From: a virus
Direction: 5' to 3' (one strand)
Length of the DNA: 64,000 nt
IMG/VR virus record: IMGVR_UViG_3300049783_001127
The notes under the pieces were generated by a model. It was not told where the DNA came from. It ran no database searches and worked only from the letters and a program-made list of their open reading frames with translations. The translations under genes were made by a program, and so were the position numbers. This document shows positions 30,459 to 40,237 of this stretch, in pieces (the stretch's first letter is position 1; each line of letters begins with the position of its first letter).

Positions 30459-30700
30459 AAATTGAGTTTTTGAGTTGAGAGTTCATCCTCCCATGCGGCA
30501 ATAGTGCCAAGTTTTTGAGCTATTTCTGCATGTTGATTAGACCAATTGTATTTAGTCTTCAAATCTGCAATTTCTTTTCTCTTAAGTACTATACCGTCCT
30601 TCAAGGTGCCATAACCAGTTTTAGCTATGTTTGATATCATCTGTACACCCAAGAAATATCCATTTTGATAATTTGGGTTATTAACTAACCTTAGATTCAT
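30455..30700 (-). CDS. Hypothetical protein
   Basis: 81-aa ORF, ATGA overlap. Confidence 0.4.
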   Translation of the reverse strand: MNLRLVNNPNYQNGYFLGVQMISNIAKTGYGTLKDGIVLKRKEIADLKTKYNWSNQHAEIAQKLGTIAAWEDELSTQKLNL

Positions 30701-30959
30701 TTAATTTACGTTCTAATTCATAGACTTTTTCTTCTGATGCTGCAATGTGAGCATCAATAACACTCTCCACCATATTCTTGTCTTCATCTTGACCATCATA
30801 ATATAGATTCAGGAGACCATCTCTAGCCTCCTGATCTATCATATCAAATTTCAATAAAGCATTAAGACTTCTAGTGACTCTTTTCTCTCTTAAACTAGAA
30901 AAGAAGTAGATAGGTTCACATTTAGCTGCCATTTCCAAACATTGCTTTATAATAGTCAC
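30681..30959 (-). CDS. Hypothetical protein
   Basis: 92-aa ORF. Confidence 0.4.
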   Translation of the reverse strand: MTIIKQCLEMAAKCEPIYFFSSLREKRVTRSLNALLKFDMIDQEARDGLLNLYYDGQDEDKNMVESVIDAHIAASEEKVYELERKLNESKVS

Positions 30960-31497
30960 CTTTTCTAGCTTCTATCATTATGGAGCATAAGACAGAGTCT
31001 TCTTTTCCACCTTCCAGCATCATTTGCATTCCTGCAGTCTCCTCTTTAGTGAATATATCATACTCGTCATAAGCATCTAACCAGAATCTGCAGTAACCTG
31101 CTTTCTGATCACCAACTGCTTGAAATCTTGTATGAGAACCACTTTGAACAAACTCAAAATTACCTATAAGCTTTCCGTTTAACATAGTTCCAGTAGAAAA
31201 GATGTCTGTGATTTCAGCTGCCTGGATTTGTATGAATGCTAGTCCTTTTCCTGTTTCTATTCCTATATAGAAGTAGAAACTAGAACCTTCTCTAGCATCA
31301 AGTATTTTAATGGAGCTGAACTGATTCTTAGTTTCAATAACCTGCCCTCCATTTTCTATAAACTTGATATTAACAGGAGTTGCTTTCTTTAAAGCATCTC
31401 TAACTACAGCCTCATACTTTACACCATAACTTTGATGATAAGGATGAGGTTTCTTACAGTAGAACTTTACGTTCTCTATTTTTTTATCACTTGTCAT
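30922..31497 (-). CDS. Hypothetical protein
   Basis: 191-aa ORF. Confidence 0.45.
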   Translation of the reverse strand: MTSDKKIENVKFYCKKPHPYHQSYGVKYEAVVRDALKKATPVNIKFIENGGQVIETKNQFSSIKILDAREGSSFYFYIGIETGKGLAFIQIQAAEITDIFSTGTMLNGKLIGNFEFVQSGSHTRFQAVGDQKAGYCRFWLDAYDEYDIFTKEETAGMQMMLEGGKEDSVLCSIMIEARKGDYYKAMFGNGS

Positions 31498-32591
31498 TAC
31501 TTGTCAAGTCTAAATCCAACACATACCGGAAACCTTGGAATGCCGTCATCACTAAATTCAAAGAACCTTGTTTCAGACATCTGTTTACCAATGTAGTCTT
31601 CCTTGTTTTCTAAGATCTCTTCACGCTCTTTGTGTGAGAACTTCATTCCACATCCAAAAGTTCTACCATCTGGTAGTTTACAGTGTACTACACCTTGTTT
31701 TGGATTCTTGTCTGAAGGTACAACATCTACTACATCATACACCTCATCAATGAAGTCCTTGTATTTAAGTAGTTGGTTAGCTCTTTTATTGAGTTTATAA
31801 CCATCATCTCCATGTCTAATGATAGAACCTTCATATCCGGCAGCTAAATTAGCTGAGTGGAATTCAGCAATTTGTGCTTCGGATCCTATTCTATCACATG
31901 ATACTAATAGCAATATAGGATTATTAGCTATCTTAACAACTAAGTTAAGAGATCTGTATCTTTCCACATAAGGCGTATCTTCAACTGTATCATACATGTG
32001 TAAACATACATCTTCAGTCTCACCCTCTCTGTACTTCTTGATCAATTTCATATTCTCTTGAAATGTTTGACCATGAGCATAAAGTTCACCATCTAATACA
32101 GTAGATTGGATTCCAGGAATAGCTTCAATAGCGTCAATAATATGCTGACATGTATCAATAACCTTTCCTTTTCTAGAGTATAACTCACATTTACCATCAG
32201 TTACAATAGCAAAGCATCTCATACCATCTAGTTTAGGCTGAATAAATACATTCTTAGCCCAATCAATTCTTTTAATGTCCCATGGTTTAGCAAGCATAGG
32301 TAGCATAACTATATTAGCTTTAGCTTCTTCAATAGTATCAAAATATCCTGTAGACATCTTGTTTACTACTAAGCTCTCAGCTTCAGATTGCGCTTGTTCT
32401 TGTGGAGTGGTTTCATTAGAACGGCCAACATTCTTTGCAGTGGCTGTACTTCTGTGTTCTACTTTCTTTCCATCTAATAAACCAGACTCTTGTATAAGTT
32501 CTGGTCCTTCTGTGTATACATGTAGAATTCTTACCTTACCAGCAGAGTCCAACTTATATACCTTTCTTGAATACTCTTCAGTTTCAGTCAT
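31497..32591 (-). CDS. ATP-dependent DNA ligase
   Basis: Motif I KLDGMR (KxDGxR), motif III DGELY, motif IV EGSIIR, motif V LLKYK. Confidence 0.8.
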   Translation of the reverse strand: MTETEEYSRKVYKLDSAGKVRILHVYTEGPELIQESGLLDGKKVEHRSTATAKNVGRSNETTPQEQAQSEAESLVVNKMSTGYFDTIEEAKANIVMLPMLAKPWDIKRIDWAKNVFIQPKLDGMRCFAIVTDGKCELYSRKGKVIDTCQHIIDAIEAIPGIQSTVLDGELYAHGQTFQENMKLIKKYREGETEDVCLHMYDTVEDTPYVERYRSLNLVVKIANNPILLLVSCDRIGSEAQIAEFHSANLAAGYEGSIIRHGDDGYKLNKRANQLLKYKDFIDEVYDVVDVVPSDKNPKQGVVHCKLPDGRTFGCGMKFSHKEREEILENKEDYIGKQMSETRFFEFSDDGIPRFPVCVGFRLDK

Positions 32592-32593
32592 AA

Positions 32594-32884
32594 TTATTTG
32601 AATTTAGGTAATCCTACTATTTTAAGTAAGAATAATACCTCATGTTTATATTTAAGTGAATTGCTTATTGTTGTATCATCCCTATCCCAACCCTTTGCTC
32701 CTGATTCGTTTTTTGTTACATAGGATTTTTCATATAAAAATGCATACCAGTGATGAGTACCATCTATATGCAACCCATTATAGGCAATAATTAAATCTTT
32801 TTTATATTCAGCATCATCACATATTATGAATGTACGTCCTAATATTTCTTTCAACCACTCATCAGTAATTATCTCCTTTAGCAT
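32594..32884 (-). CDS. Small hypothetical protein (tandem paralog A)
   Basis: N-terminus ITDEWLKEILG resembles ITNEWLLKHCD of the next ORF. Confidence 0.45.
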   Translation of the reverse strand: MLKEIITDEWLKEILGRTFIICDDAEYKKDLIIAYNGLHIDGTHHWYAFLYEKSYVTKNESGAKGWDRDDTTISNSLKYKHEVLFLLKIVGLPKFK

Positions 32885-33188
32885 CTTTAAATTTATTTGG
32901 ATCTCCGCCTAATATACACCAGAGTGTAATTAAATCTTCTCTGTATTTAAAATAATTTAATAATACAGTATCATGTTCTTCTTCAGTTTTTGGATTGTAC
33001 TCACTAGCCCATACTGTGTGTGACTGTTCATGATTGGAACCATAGCTTTCTGTAATGTCTAAACAATGTAGGATACTATCAGAATTAACACCTCTATAAA
33101 AAAATCTTTTATAATGCTTAGTATCTAAAGTATCACAATGCTTTAACAACCATTCATTAGTAATTGGTGTTTTAATCATAGTAGTCAA
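32862..33188 (-). CDS. Small hypothetical protein (tandem paralog B)
   Basis: See previous entry. Confidence 0.45.
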   Translation of the reverse strand: MTTMIKTPITNEWLLKHCDTLDTKHYKRFFYRGVNSDSILHCLDITESYGSNHEQSHTVWASEYNPKTEEEHDTVLLNYFKYREDLITLWCILGGDPNKFKDAKGDNY

Positions 33189-33216
33189 ATAAAAGGGAGC
33201 CCACTAAGAGCCCCCT
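33187..33216 (-). terminator. Rho-independent terminator (minus-strand RNA) downstream of the flotillin-like gene
   Basis: In the minus-strand RNA, GGGGGCUC-uuagu-GGGCUCCC pairs using G-U wobbles, followed by UUUUAUUU. Confidence 0.5.
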
Positions 33217-33223
33217 TTATTAA

Positions 33224-34723
33224 TTAATCTTCTGGATCCAATTTTGGTGTATTTGACAATGCATTTTCAGCACTTCCCAGATTTCTCAATAAAGACATAA
33301 GACCTTGACCTTCTTCAGTCTGTCCTAATGACTCCATCAATCCATTTAACTGAGCTCCTCCTTTTGAAGAGAATATATCAGAGATTTTGCTCATTCCTGA
33401 TTCAACATCTCCACTGTTAACTAACAGTTTAAGATCTGCACCATTCATAGCTTTAGCAAGTTCAGAATATTGAACTTTACCTACTTCTCCAGCTACTTCA
33501 ACTCCTTTTAAACGGATCAAGTAGTTTTGATACTCAATGTTTTCACCTACTTTATCTGCTAATTCTACTTGAGCTACAACTGATGCAAGACCAGATGCTT
33601 TCTCACCTTCAGCACTTGCAAGACCTTTAGCCTCGATTACCTTAGCTTGAGCAGTACCTTCAGCATCAATAACAGATGCATTAGCAATACCTACTTCTTT
33701 AATACCTTCAGCTACTCTCTTTTGTTTAGAAAGTTGAGCCTCTGCATCAATTTCAATACGGTACTTTTCAGCATCAGCAGCAATTATAGTTTGCTCTTTT
33801 CTTTGATTCTGAGCTACAATAGCAGCATCTTTATCAATTTCTGCTTGCTGAATTGTACCAACACGAATCACTTTCATTTCTTCTGCTTTAGAAGATTGTG
33901 CAGATACAGCAATAGCTCCTAAAGATTCTTGTTCAGCAATTCCAGATTCCTTCAAAGCTCCAGCATCTGCGATACCTACAGCCTTACGAGATTCTGCTAG
34001 TGCTTGACCTGATTCTCTTTCAGTATCAGCTGTCTTCACAGCTACTTTCTTACGAGACTCAAGCTCAGCTTCTTCAGCTTCCTGGTGGTTTCTGGCTACT
34101 TCTACACGAGATTCTTTCTCAATCTCAGATTTTCTCTTAGCCATGATTTGATAGATAACTTTTTCACCTTCTTCATCACGAACATCCATAAGCTCAATGC
34201 TCTTAACAGCAGTAACTCCCCAATGTGTAAGGTCAGCTGCAACAGCATTAGTAAATTCTTTACCAAACTTAGATCTTTCTTCCATGATTTGTTCTAAATC
34301 AGAATTAGCTAAAATTGATCTTACAGCACCTCTTACAATGTCTAGTAATTGCTCTTGTAGATCTTCAAAAGATGCAATCTTATTGGCAGCAGTATTAGTA
34401 TCTTCAATATGGAAGAATGCTTTAATATCTACAACAAAAGGAACACGCTTAATATCATAAGCTGAGTAACTTTTAAGTTCTATATCAAAGTTAGATACTG
34501 GTAATTCTCTTACTATAATACCTAAACTTGGTATCCATGCCGGAAACTTATAATAGACATTTGATCTCTTGCCTACCCCATAAGAAACAGTCTTGTTTCC
34601 TCTTTGAACAATGTGCACCATGTTTGGCGGTACAATACGTCTTAATGTTAAAACCCACAAAAAAGACAATAGCAAAACCAGTGAAGGAACTGCAATAATT
34701 AGGTTGTTAATTAACCACTCCAT
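33224..34723 (-). CDS. SPFH/Band-7 family protein, flotillin-like
   Basis: N-terminal TM helix, then an SPFH domain, then a long A/E-rich (EA-repeat) coiled coil as in flotillins (FloT/YuaG-like). Confidence 0.7.
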   Translation of the reverse strand: MEWLINNLIIAVPSLVLLLSFLWVLTLRRIVPPNMVHIVQRGNKTVSYGVGKRSNVYYKFPAWIPSLGIIVRELPVSNFDIELKSYSAYDIKRVPFVVDIKAFFHIEDTNTAANKIASFEDLQEQLLDIVRGAVRSILANSDLEQIMEERSKFGKEFTNAVAADLTHWGVTAVKSIELMDVRDEEGEKVIYQIMAKRKSEIEKESRVEVARNHQEAEEAELESRKKVAVKTADTERESGQALAESRKAVGIADAGALKESGIAEQESLGAIAVSAQSSKAEEMKVIRVGTIQQAEIDKDAAIVAQNQRKEQTIIAADAEKYRIEIDAEAQLSKQKRVAEGIKEVGIANASVIDAEGTAQAKVIEAKGLASAEGEKASGLASVVAQVELADKVGENIEYQNYLIRLKGVEVAGEVGKVQYSELAKAMNGADLKLLVNSGDVESGMSKISDIFSSKGGAQLNGLMESLGQTEEGQGLMSLLRNLGSAENALSNTPKLDPED

Positions 34724-34758
34724 AATAATAAAAAATTAAATTAGTAAATACATGAGCT

Positions 34759-35007
34759 TTATTGCTCAGCTTCTTTTGGCCATTCATCACTCCTGCCATT
34801 TCTTCTGTCTTCCTCTCCTTTGGAGTCATCTGAGTCTGTTGTTATATTAAATAAAGCCATCATCCCCATAATACCCACAAACCACATTATAAACAATATT
34901 GGAGGAGTATACCATTCAAATGTTTCTTTTAACAGTTCATTAGTAGAGTAAAATAACCCAAAGAATATTAATAAACTTACTAGAATTAATAGAAATTTTC
35001 TTTTCAT
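34759..35007 (-). CDS. Small two-TM membrane protein upstream of the flotillin-like gene (NfeD/YuaF-like position)
   Basis: 82 aa with two hydrophobic helices and an acidic tail. Same transcription unit as the flotillin-like gene. Confidence 0.5.
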   Translation of the reverse strand: MKRKFLLILVSLLIFFGLFYSTNELLKETFEWYTPPILFIMWFVGIMGMMALFNITTDSDDSKGEEDRRNGRSDEWPKEAEQ

Positions 35008-35025
35008 ATTTTCAATGTTAATTCA

Positions 35026-35050
35026 TAAAAAAGGAGCCCACTAGGGGCTC
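35026..35050 (-). terminator. Rho-independent terminator (minus-strand RNA)
   Basis: GGAGCCC-actag-GGGCTCC hairpin preceded by an A-run on the plus strand (a U-run after the hairpin in the minus RNA). Confidence 0.6.
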
Positions 35051-35058
35051 CCATAATT

Positions 35059-35196
35059 CTACTTTGCTTGTTTGAAGTAAACTTCAGCAGAGATAATACC
35101 TCTTACAAACTTTGAGAGTGGCGTCACACGAGCCTCTCTTTTCTTCTTAGAACGGCCTGCAGTTCTGCACCCGCCTCCTTTAGCTTTTGTAGCCAT
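35059..35196 (-). CDS. Unannotated small basic protein (45 aa): MATKAKGGGCRTAGRSKKKREARVTPLSKFVRGIISAEVYFKQAK
   Basis: Manual translation of the minus strand. Not in the ORF track (under 60 aa). Sits directly upstream of its own intrinsic terminator. Confidence 0.4.
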   Translation of the reverse strand: MATKAKGGGCRTAGRSKKKREARVTPLSKFVRGIISAEVYFKQAK

Positions 35197-35288
35197 GATT
35201 CTGTATTTTTAGTTACATCCTCATAGCTACCTCCTTTCTTTTTTTCATAGTCTTACAAATATAGTGAATAATTGTATATCTTTACATC

Positions 35289-35609
35289 ATGAGCAATCCA
35301 ACAACAGAAACACAACATGTCATTCCTTTAGAAGAAAAAGTTAACATAGAAGTATCCGGTTATTTTTACAGACAGGTTATGACAAGTTATTTTAATGTTA
35401 CTAGCCTTATTGGGTCAGTTAAGACTGAAGAATTATGCAAGGCTTTAGCGGATAACACTGTTAAATCTCTTCCAGAGGAAGATCAGACACTTGCTGTTAC
35501 TATTCATACATTTTTAGCTTTATTAAAAACTATAGAAGATGAGTTTAAAACTTCTAAATCTATAATTAAGGAAGATATTGAGCTACCTACCGAAGATTCA
35601 GAGTCATAG
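35289..35609 (+). CDS. Hypothetical protein (single plus-strand gene in the minus block)
   Basis: 106-aa ORF, acidic. Confidence 0.4.
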   Translation: MSNPTTETQHVIPLEEKVNIEVSGYFYRQVMTSYFNVTSLIGSVKTEELCKALADNTVKSLPEEDQTLAVTIHTFLALLKTIEDEFKTSKSIIKEDIELPTEDSES

Positions 35610-35982
35610 TATCTCCAAGTTCTATACAGGCCTGAATGGCCAAGTTTAGGTCATCTCTGGAACAATCTCCAAAAGACTTCCAATCCATATACTCTTTATC
35701 TAGTACATTTCTTCTTACTACTAAACCAGCACGATCTTTAATAACCATTTTGATATCATCAAAAGTGTTACCTGATTGGTTTGCTATCACTCTAATGCAT
35801 TTATGCACTTTAGCTAGCTGTGATAAAGTACCATCTCCAGAATTAATTTCCATAAAGAAATCTAACACTATACCTTGATCCAGTATTTTTACAAATTCTT
35901 TATAACGTACTTCATCTCCACTCTTTACATGTATAAGTCTATCACCACTCTTCTTAAGTGATGAGCTGAACATTCCATCCAT
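35587..35982 (-). CDS. Hypothetical protein
   Basis: 131-aa ORF. Start overlaps the upstream stop (GAATAATGG). Confidence 0.45.
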   Translation of the reverse strand: MDGMFSSSLKKSGDRLIHVKSGDEVRYKEFVKILDQGIVLDFFMEINSGDGTLSQLAKVHKCIRVIANQSGNTFDDIKMVIKDRAGLVVRRNVLDKEYMDWKSFGDCSRDDLNLAIQACIELGDTMTLNLR

Positions 35983-36212
35983 TATTCTAAAAATTTAAAA
36001 GAGCCTGTTAATACCTTGGTTATATGTTTATGAGCTGATTTACATTCTGATTCAGTATAAAACATCCAAAACCAAATTGAGCCTTTATCATCTTTATACT
36101 CAATTTGCCATTGACCTGGTGTATTAGGCATCTGTATAAAGGTAGGATCTTTAATACCATCAACTTTATCAGAATTATACAGAGTATCATTTACTTTAAA
36201 CCATTTGGCCAT
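35982..36212 (-). CDS. Hypothetical protein
   Basis: 76 aa, ends KFLE*. Confidence 0.4.
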   Translation of the reverse strand: MAKWFKVNDTLYNSDKVDGIKDPTFIQMPNTPGQWQIEYKDDKGSIWFWMFYTESECKSAHKHITKVLTGSFKFLE

Positions 36213-36262
36213 AATTCATATTTTAAGTAGCCCGTACCTCAATAGAAGTACGGGCATAATAC

Positions 36263-36820
36263 TTATTTAATTGAATAAGCAACTCCACCAATCTTTAAAC
36301 CTCTAAGAGTCTGAATATTGATGTTACGCACTGCTTTTGTAGGATCAATGCGCATCAATGATGCTTCTTTAACCTTAACATAGCCTAATTTTGGATCTTG
36401 GTCCTTAAGACATTGACAATTCATAACACGAACCTCACCATCTTTTTTAACAAACTCAGCTGTGAAGAAATAACCTTTGTTACCAAGCATAAGATCCATA
36501 GCTTTAGTTCTGGAAATTCTAGTAGCTTTCACTTTACCTAGTTTCTTCCCTTTAGCATCTTTCTTAATAGACTTAGTCTTTTTCACTTCACCATGATAGA
36601 TACGGTAAGTACCATTATCATCATAAGTGAGATCACCTGCAAGGTGCATATCATTCATGAAGTTACTGATATCTTTCTGTAACCATGAGAATTCAGGATG
36701 AGATGTTCTCAATTGATTCTTCACTTCTAAAGTAGTAATAGAGTTGTTAGCTTCTAACAATCCTAAAATTGCCACACTCATGTGACCTAGCATTACATTT
36801 TTAATAATTGTACTTGACAT
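36263..36820 (-). CDS. Hypothetical protein
   Basis: 185-aa ORF. Confidence 0.45.
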   Translation of the reverse strand: MSSTIIKNVMLGHMSVAILGLLEANNSITTLEVKNQLRTSHPEFSWLQKDISNFMNDMHLAGDLTYDDNGTYRIYHGEVKKTKSIKKDAKGKKLGKVKATRISRTKAMDLMLGNKGYFFTAEFVKKDGEVRVMNCQCLKDQDPKLGYVKVKEASLMRIDPTKAVRNINIQTLRGLKIGGVAYSIK

Positions 36821-36831
36821 AGTTTTAATTT

Positions 36832-37152
36832 TTAGATTAACTTTTTTTGTTTTTTAAGTTTTCTCCAAGGAGCACACATTCTTTGTTGTCTGGATAACTT
36901 AATCATTCTTAAGTCATATCCAAGATCTCCAAGAACATCTTTTCCATGTTGATTTATACTAGGGATAGCAACAATATATCCGCCCCCTGTACTTTGCCAA
37001 TAAATAGGTATTGCCTTATTTCCACGCATACCTTTGGCCAGTTCATCTAAAGCTCGCATACTTGTTCTAGCTTCTTCTTGAGAGTGATCTCTGATGTAAA
37101 TTCTAACTTCACCAAATACACCATCAAACTTTCTACTGTCATCATATCCCAT
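36832..37152 (-). CDS. Hypothetical protein
   Basis: 106-aa ORF. Confidence 0.4.
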   Translation of the reverse strand: MGYDDSRKFDGVFGEVRIYIRDHSQEEARTSMRALDELAKGMRGNKAIPIYWQSTGGGYIVAIPSINQHGKDVLGDLGYDLRMIKLSRQQRMCAPWRKLKKQKKLI

Positions 37153-37412
37153 TATTCTTCAATTAACTTAATAACATTCTCAGTACTTACAGCTGGTATT
37201 TTAACCGACTCCAATACTTCTTGGCTTTCTTCTTTACTTACCCAGTGTACTTGAATATATAGTACACCTAAATCTTTTCTTAATTGCGTTTTGGCTTCTA
37301 CTATACGTTTTTGGTTATCCTTACCCTTAAGAGGGTATAACATAATAGTTATACCACCTTTTCCTTCAAGTCCCCATTCATATTTGATGCCGTTTGTACT
37401 TAGTTCAATCAT
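37152..37412 (-). CDS. Hypothetical protein
   Basis: 86-aa ORF. Confidence 0.4.
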   Translation of the reverse strand: MIELSTNGIKYEWGLEGKGGITIMLYPLKGKDNQKRIVEAKTQLRKDLGVLYIQVHWVSKEESQEVLESVKIPAVSTENVIKLIEE

Positions 37413-37418
37413 AACTTG

Positions 37419-37730
37419 CTATTTTAGTTGTCTGTAGTGCATTCTTCTTACTTTTCTAGACATATTGTCCATTTGTTCAAGGTTATATCCTAAATCTTTA
37501 TAAATCTCTATTACTCTATGGTTTACATTGTATAAAAGTACAATATAATCTTGAGAGGATATTTTATTGTCCCAGTCCTTACGTGTTTGAAACATATACC
37601 AAATAGAATGATTGCGGTTAGTCTTCTTATTTGTCATAAGAGCTTTAACAACACTGTTTGCATCATCAACTCTTTGTCTTAATGTAAGAGGATCTATACT
37701 ACCTAACTCTATTGTAAGTTTAGTCCACAT
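37419..37730 (-). CDS. Hypothetical protein
   Basis: 103-aa ORF. Confidence 0.4.
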   Translation of the reverse strand: MWTKLTIELGSIDPLTLRQRVDDANSVVKALMTNKKTNRNHSIWYMFQTRKDWDNKISSQDYIVLLYNVNHRVIEIYKDLGYNLEQMDNMSRKVRRMHYRQLK

Positions 37731-38070
37731 CTAATTCACTATTTACTAATTCTAACCACTTAGGATCTATATGTGCGCGGATAGCTGAAGTATGAATCGT
37801 TCTCATTTCATCTTCTGTTTTGTGATATTTAAGACCTAACATCTTCTCATGCTCTAAAGCAGCTTCAGACTTGTCAGTAGCTTTAACTATAATACCAACA
37901 TCTCCTGTTTCAAGCCATGAATACAGTTCTACATGTGTACCAGGGTTAGTGATAGCATAAGGAGAACCTTCTTTCATAGTATATATACCAGGTGGAAACT
38001 TTTTAGCTAGTGCTTGCACTACTTCTGGTCTTTCCGCTAACCATGCTTCAAATGTTTCTTTGTAGCTCAT
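37720..38070 (-). CDS. Hypothetical protein
   Basis: 116-aa ORF. Confidence 0.4.
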   Translation of the reverse strand: MSYKETFEAWLAERPEVVQALAKKFPPGIYTMKEGSPYAITNPGTHVELYSWLETGDVGIIVKATDKSEAALEHEKMLGLKYHKTEDEMRTIHTSAIRAHIDPKWLELVNSELDVD

Positions 38071-38303
38071 TTTAATAAATGTTTAAAAATTAAGTCAATT
38101 AATGACACTATTTCTCTAATTTCAGCATGTTTCATTTCCATAAGATGTGCTGCATACCGCATTTGATTTTCTTGGTCCTGCAAATGTAACTCATATTCAT
38201 AAGTTTCCCTCCGCTGTTCCATTTCATAACGGCGTTCATCTTCATGGTAATTATTGCTGTAGCTCATCGTGAACCTCCCAGTTAATAGTACCGTCTTCTT
38301 CAA
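38067..38303 (-). CDS. Hypothetical protein
   Basis: 78-aa ORF. Confidence 0.35.
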   Translation of the reverse strand: MKKTVLLTGRFTMSYSNNYHEDERRYEMEQRRETYEYELHLQDQENQMRYAAHLMEMKHAEIREIVSLIDLIFKHLLK

Positions 38304-38490
38304 TCAACCCCATTTCCATGAGATTGACTGCTTCAGCGCGCATGTGCCTTTTCATAGACCACACTTTTGCGGTCTTAATTAAAAAAGCCCATGCTTCTAA
38401 CTTCTGCTCTTGGGTGGCTGATTCCCCTTCTGCTTCTTCAGAAACATAGGCTAAGGCTAATTGTTCATCAAATTCTGTGGTTAGGTTCAT
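38251..38490 (-). CDS. Hypothetical acidic protein
   Basis: 79-aa ORF. Confidence 0.35.
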   Translation of the reverse strand: MNLTTEFDEQLALAYVSEEAEGESATQEQKLEAWAFLIKTAKVWSMKRHMRAEAVNLMEMGLIEEDGTINWEVHDELQQ

Positions 38491-38493
38491 AGG

Positions 38494-38964
38494 TTATGAT
38501 TTTTTCTTAGATATAGGATTACCTCCTGGTAGCTTCTCCGGATTGTTCAAAGCTACCTTAGCTTCTACATCTTTAGTATATGCATCAATACCTGAAAAGT
38601 AAGCTTTACTCTTTGCATGGTGAAGAAGTTCTTCTTTTTGCTTTGCATCCATATGCTCATGGAACTTTTTAGCTAATTCGTCAATAATTTCTCTAGTTTC
38701 TTGTTTTTCCTCATCTGTTATAGCTTTAGGATCACTATCCTCTTCACCTGACACTTTACCTAAAGCATCTTCTTGTTCATCAATGAACTTAGACACTTTA
38801 TTTATAATCTTGTACAGATCACCGTACGTCTTAGCACCTTTGGCTTTGTTAGCCAACATCTCAACTGCTGTTACAACCTTCAGGATTGTATCTTTTTCAA
38901 GAATACCTAGTTTGGTATCCTTATTAATTTCTTCTTCTGGGTTAAAATCATCAAAATACTGCAT
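38494..38964 (-). CDS. Hypothetical protein
   Basis: 156-aa ORF. Confidence 0.45.
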   Translation of the reverse strand: MQYFDDFNPEEEINKDTKLGILEKDTILKVVTAVEMLANKAKGAKTYGDLYKIINKVSKFIDEQEDALGKVSGEEDSDPKAITDEEKQETREIIDELAKKFHEHMDAKQKEELLHHAKSKAYFSGIDAYTKDVEAKVALNNPEKLPGGNPISKKKS

Positions 38965-39061
38965 TCTTTTCCATTTATTCTATTAATACTCGGCCCAACA
39001 TCTAAAATTTTCAAATACTTATTTTCATCATGTAATGGACTTCTTCTTACAAACCACTTCA

Positions 39062-40216
39062 TTAAAAAACAGTTGTATCATACCATTCAATCTTGTCTGG
39101 GTTAAATTCAGCTAAGCCTTCTCTTACCCATACTTCATCAATAGTATCTTTAAAACATAATACATGCGCTGTCATCAGTTCATCCGGATTCAGCCTTAAG
39201 CCTCTTCCTAACCTCTGGGCACCTCTTCTATTGTTACCATACAAATGCATGATTATAAGCTCCTTTAGACCAGGCATATTAGCACCTTGAGATAATTGAT
39301 CAACACAAGCTAACTTGTCTATTGTATCATCCTCAAACATCTGCATGTTATGCTCTGAGTCTTTGTTATCAGAATGATAACTGTACTTACACATTCTATC
39401 AGCTTGAACTTTGAGATTGGCAAATAGTAATGACTTTTGTGTTGCTTGTTCTAAAAGTTTTCTTCCATAATATTCTTTACTAGGATACTTTTTCATGGAT
39501 GTCATCCTTAGAACACTCAGTTTACGTTTCTCTGTAAAGCTTTCTGCATCATTGACTCTTGAAGTCCAATATGCATAGTTCTCAGTTTCTGATGTATACC
39601 AAGACTTAATCACTTTTCTTTTTTTAGGATCTTTGTGGTTGTTTTTAATTTCAACTTTAAAGTTTTGATCTTGACTCAAAGGAATCATATGAACAATTAT
39701 CTTATAATCATTAAGGATCTTATCATCAACAGCTTCATCAATTAAGTACGTATACCTTATTGGACAGTATTTTGCAACCATCCGTGATTTCTCTGAACCT
39801 TTCCTCTTAGGAGGTGTTCCGGTAAGACCGATGATGTAGCCCCCAAAGTGTGATAACCAATAATCATGTTTTTGTTTAAGACTATGACATTCATCTAGAT
39901 AGATTACATCATAATCATTTACATTCTTTTTGGTTAGTGATCTATAAGTTACAAATTCTATATCCTCACTTAAGTGTGTCATATTCCACTTTTCAGCTTC
40001 ATCAACCCACCCTTTATGAATAATAGTAATAGGAGCTACAACTAATGCTTTAGCTCTACGTCCCTTATCCACCAACACTTTGTTCATGACCAGTTGAAAA
40101 TGCTCAAGACCTAATCTAGTCTTTCCAACACCCATGCTGACCCCGGCACCACCGCGCTGAAACTTGCGCAAGATAGTCAAAGCTTCTTCTCTAACTTGAT
40201 CTTTGGTCTTTGCCAT
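39062..40216 (-). CDS. Superfamily 2 helicase (DEAD/DEAH-like, compact)
   Basis: Motif I GVGKT, motif II YLDECHS, motif III LTGTP, motif VI QRLGRGLR. Confidence 0.65.
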   Translation of the reverse strand: MAKTKDQVREEALTILRKFQRGGAGVSMGVGKTRLGLEHFQLVMNKVLVDKGRRAKALVVAPITIIHKGWVDEAEKWNMTHLSEDIEFVTYRSLTKKNVNDYDVIYLDECHSLKQKHDYWLSHFGGYIIGLTGTPPKRKGSEKSRMVAKYCPIRYTYLIDEAVDDKILNDYKIIVHMIPLSQDQNFKVEIKNNHKDPKKRKVIKSWYTSETENYAYWTSRVNDAESFTEKRKLSVLRMTSMKKYPSKEYYGRKLLEQATQKSLLFANLKVQADRMCKYSYHSDNKDSEHNMQMFEDDTIDKLACVDQLSQGANMPGLKELIIMHLYGNNRRGAQRLGRGLRLNPDELMTAHVLCFKDTIDEVWVREGLAEFNPDKIEWYDTTVF

Positions 40217-40237
40217 AACTCTTTAAAGTTTAATTAT

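Noticed and set aside
33647-34460. Plus-strand ORFs (33647..33922, 34085..34297, 34197..34460) opposite the flotillin-like gene
   Set aside because: They are antisense to a long, motif-supported ORF. Their S/N/F-rich translations are characteristic of reverse-strand artefacts in A/E-rich coiled-coil coding sequence.
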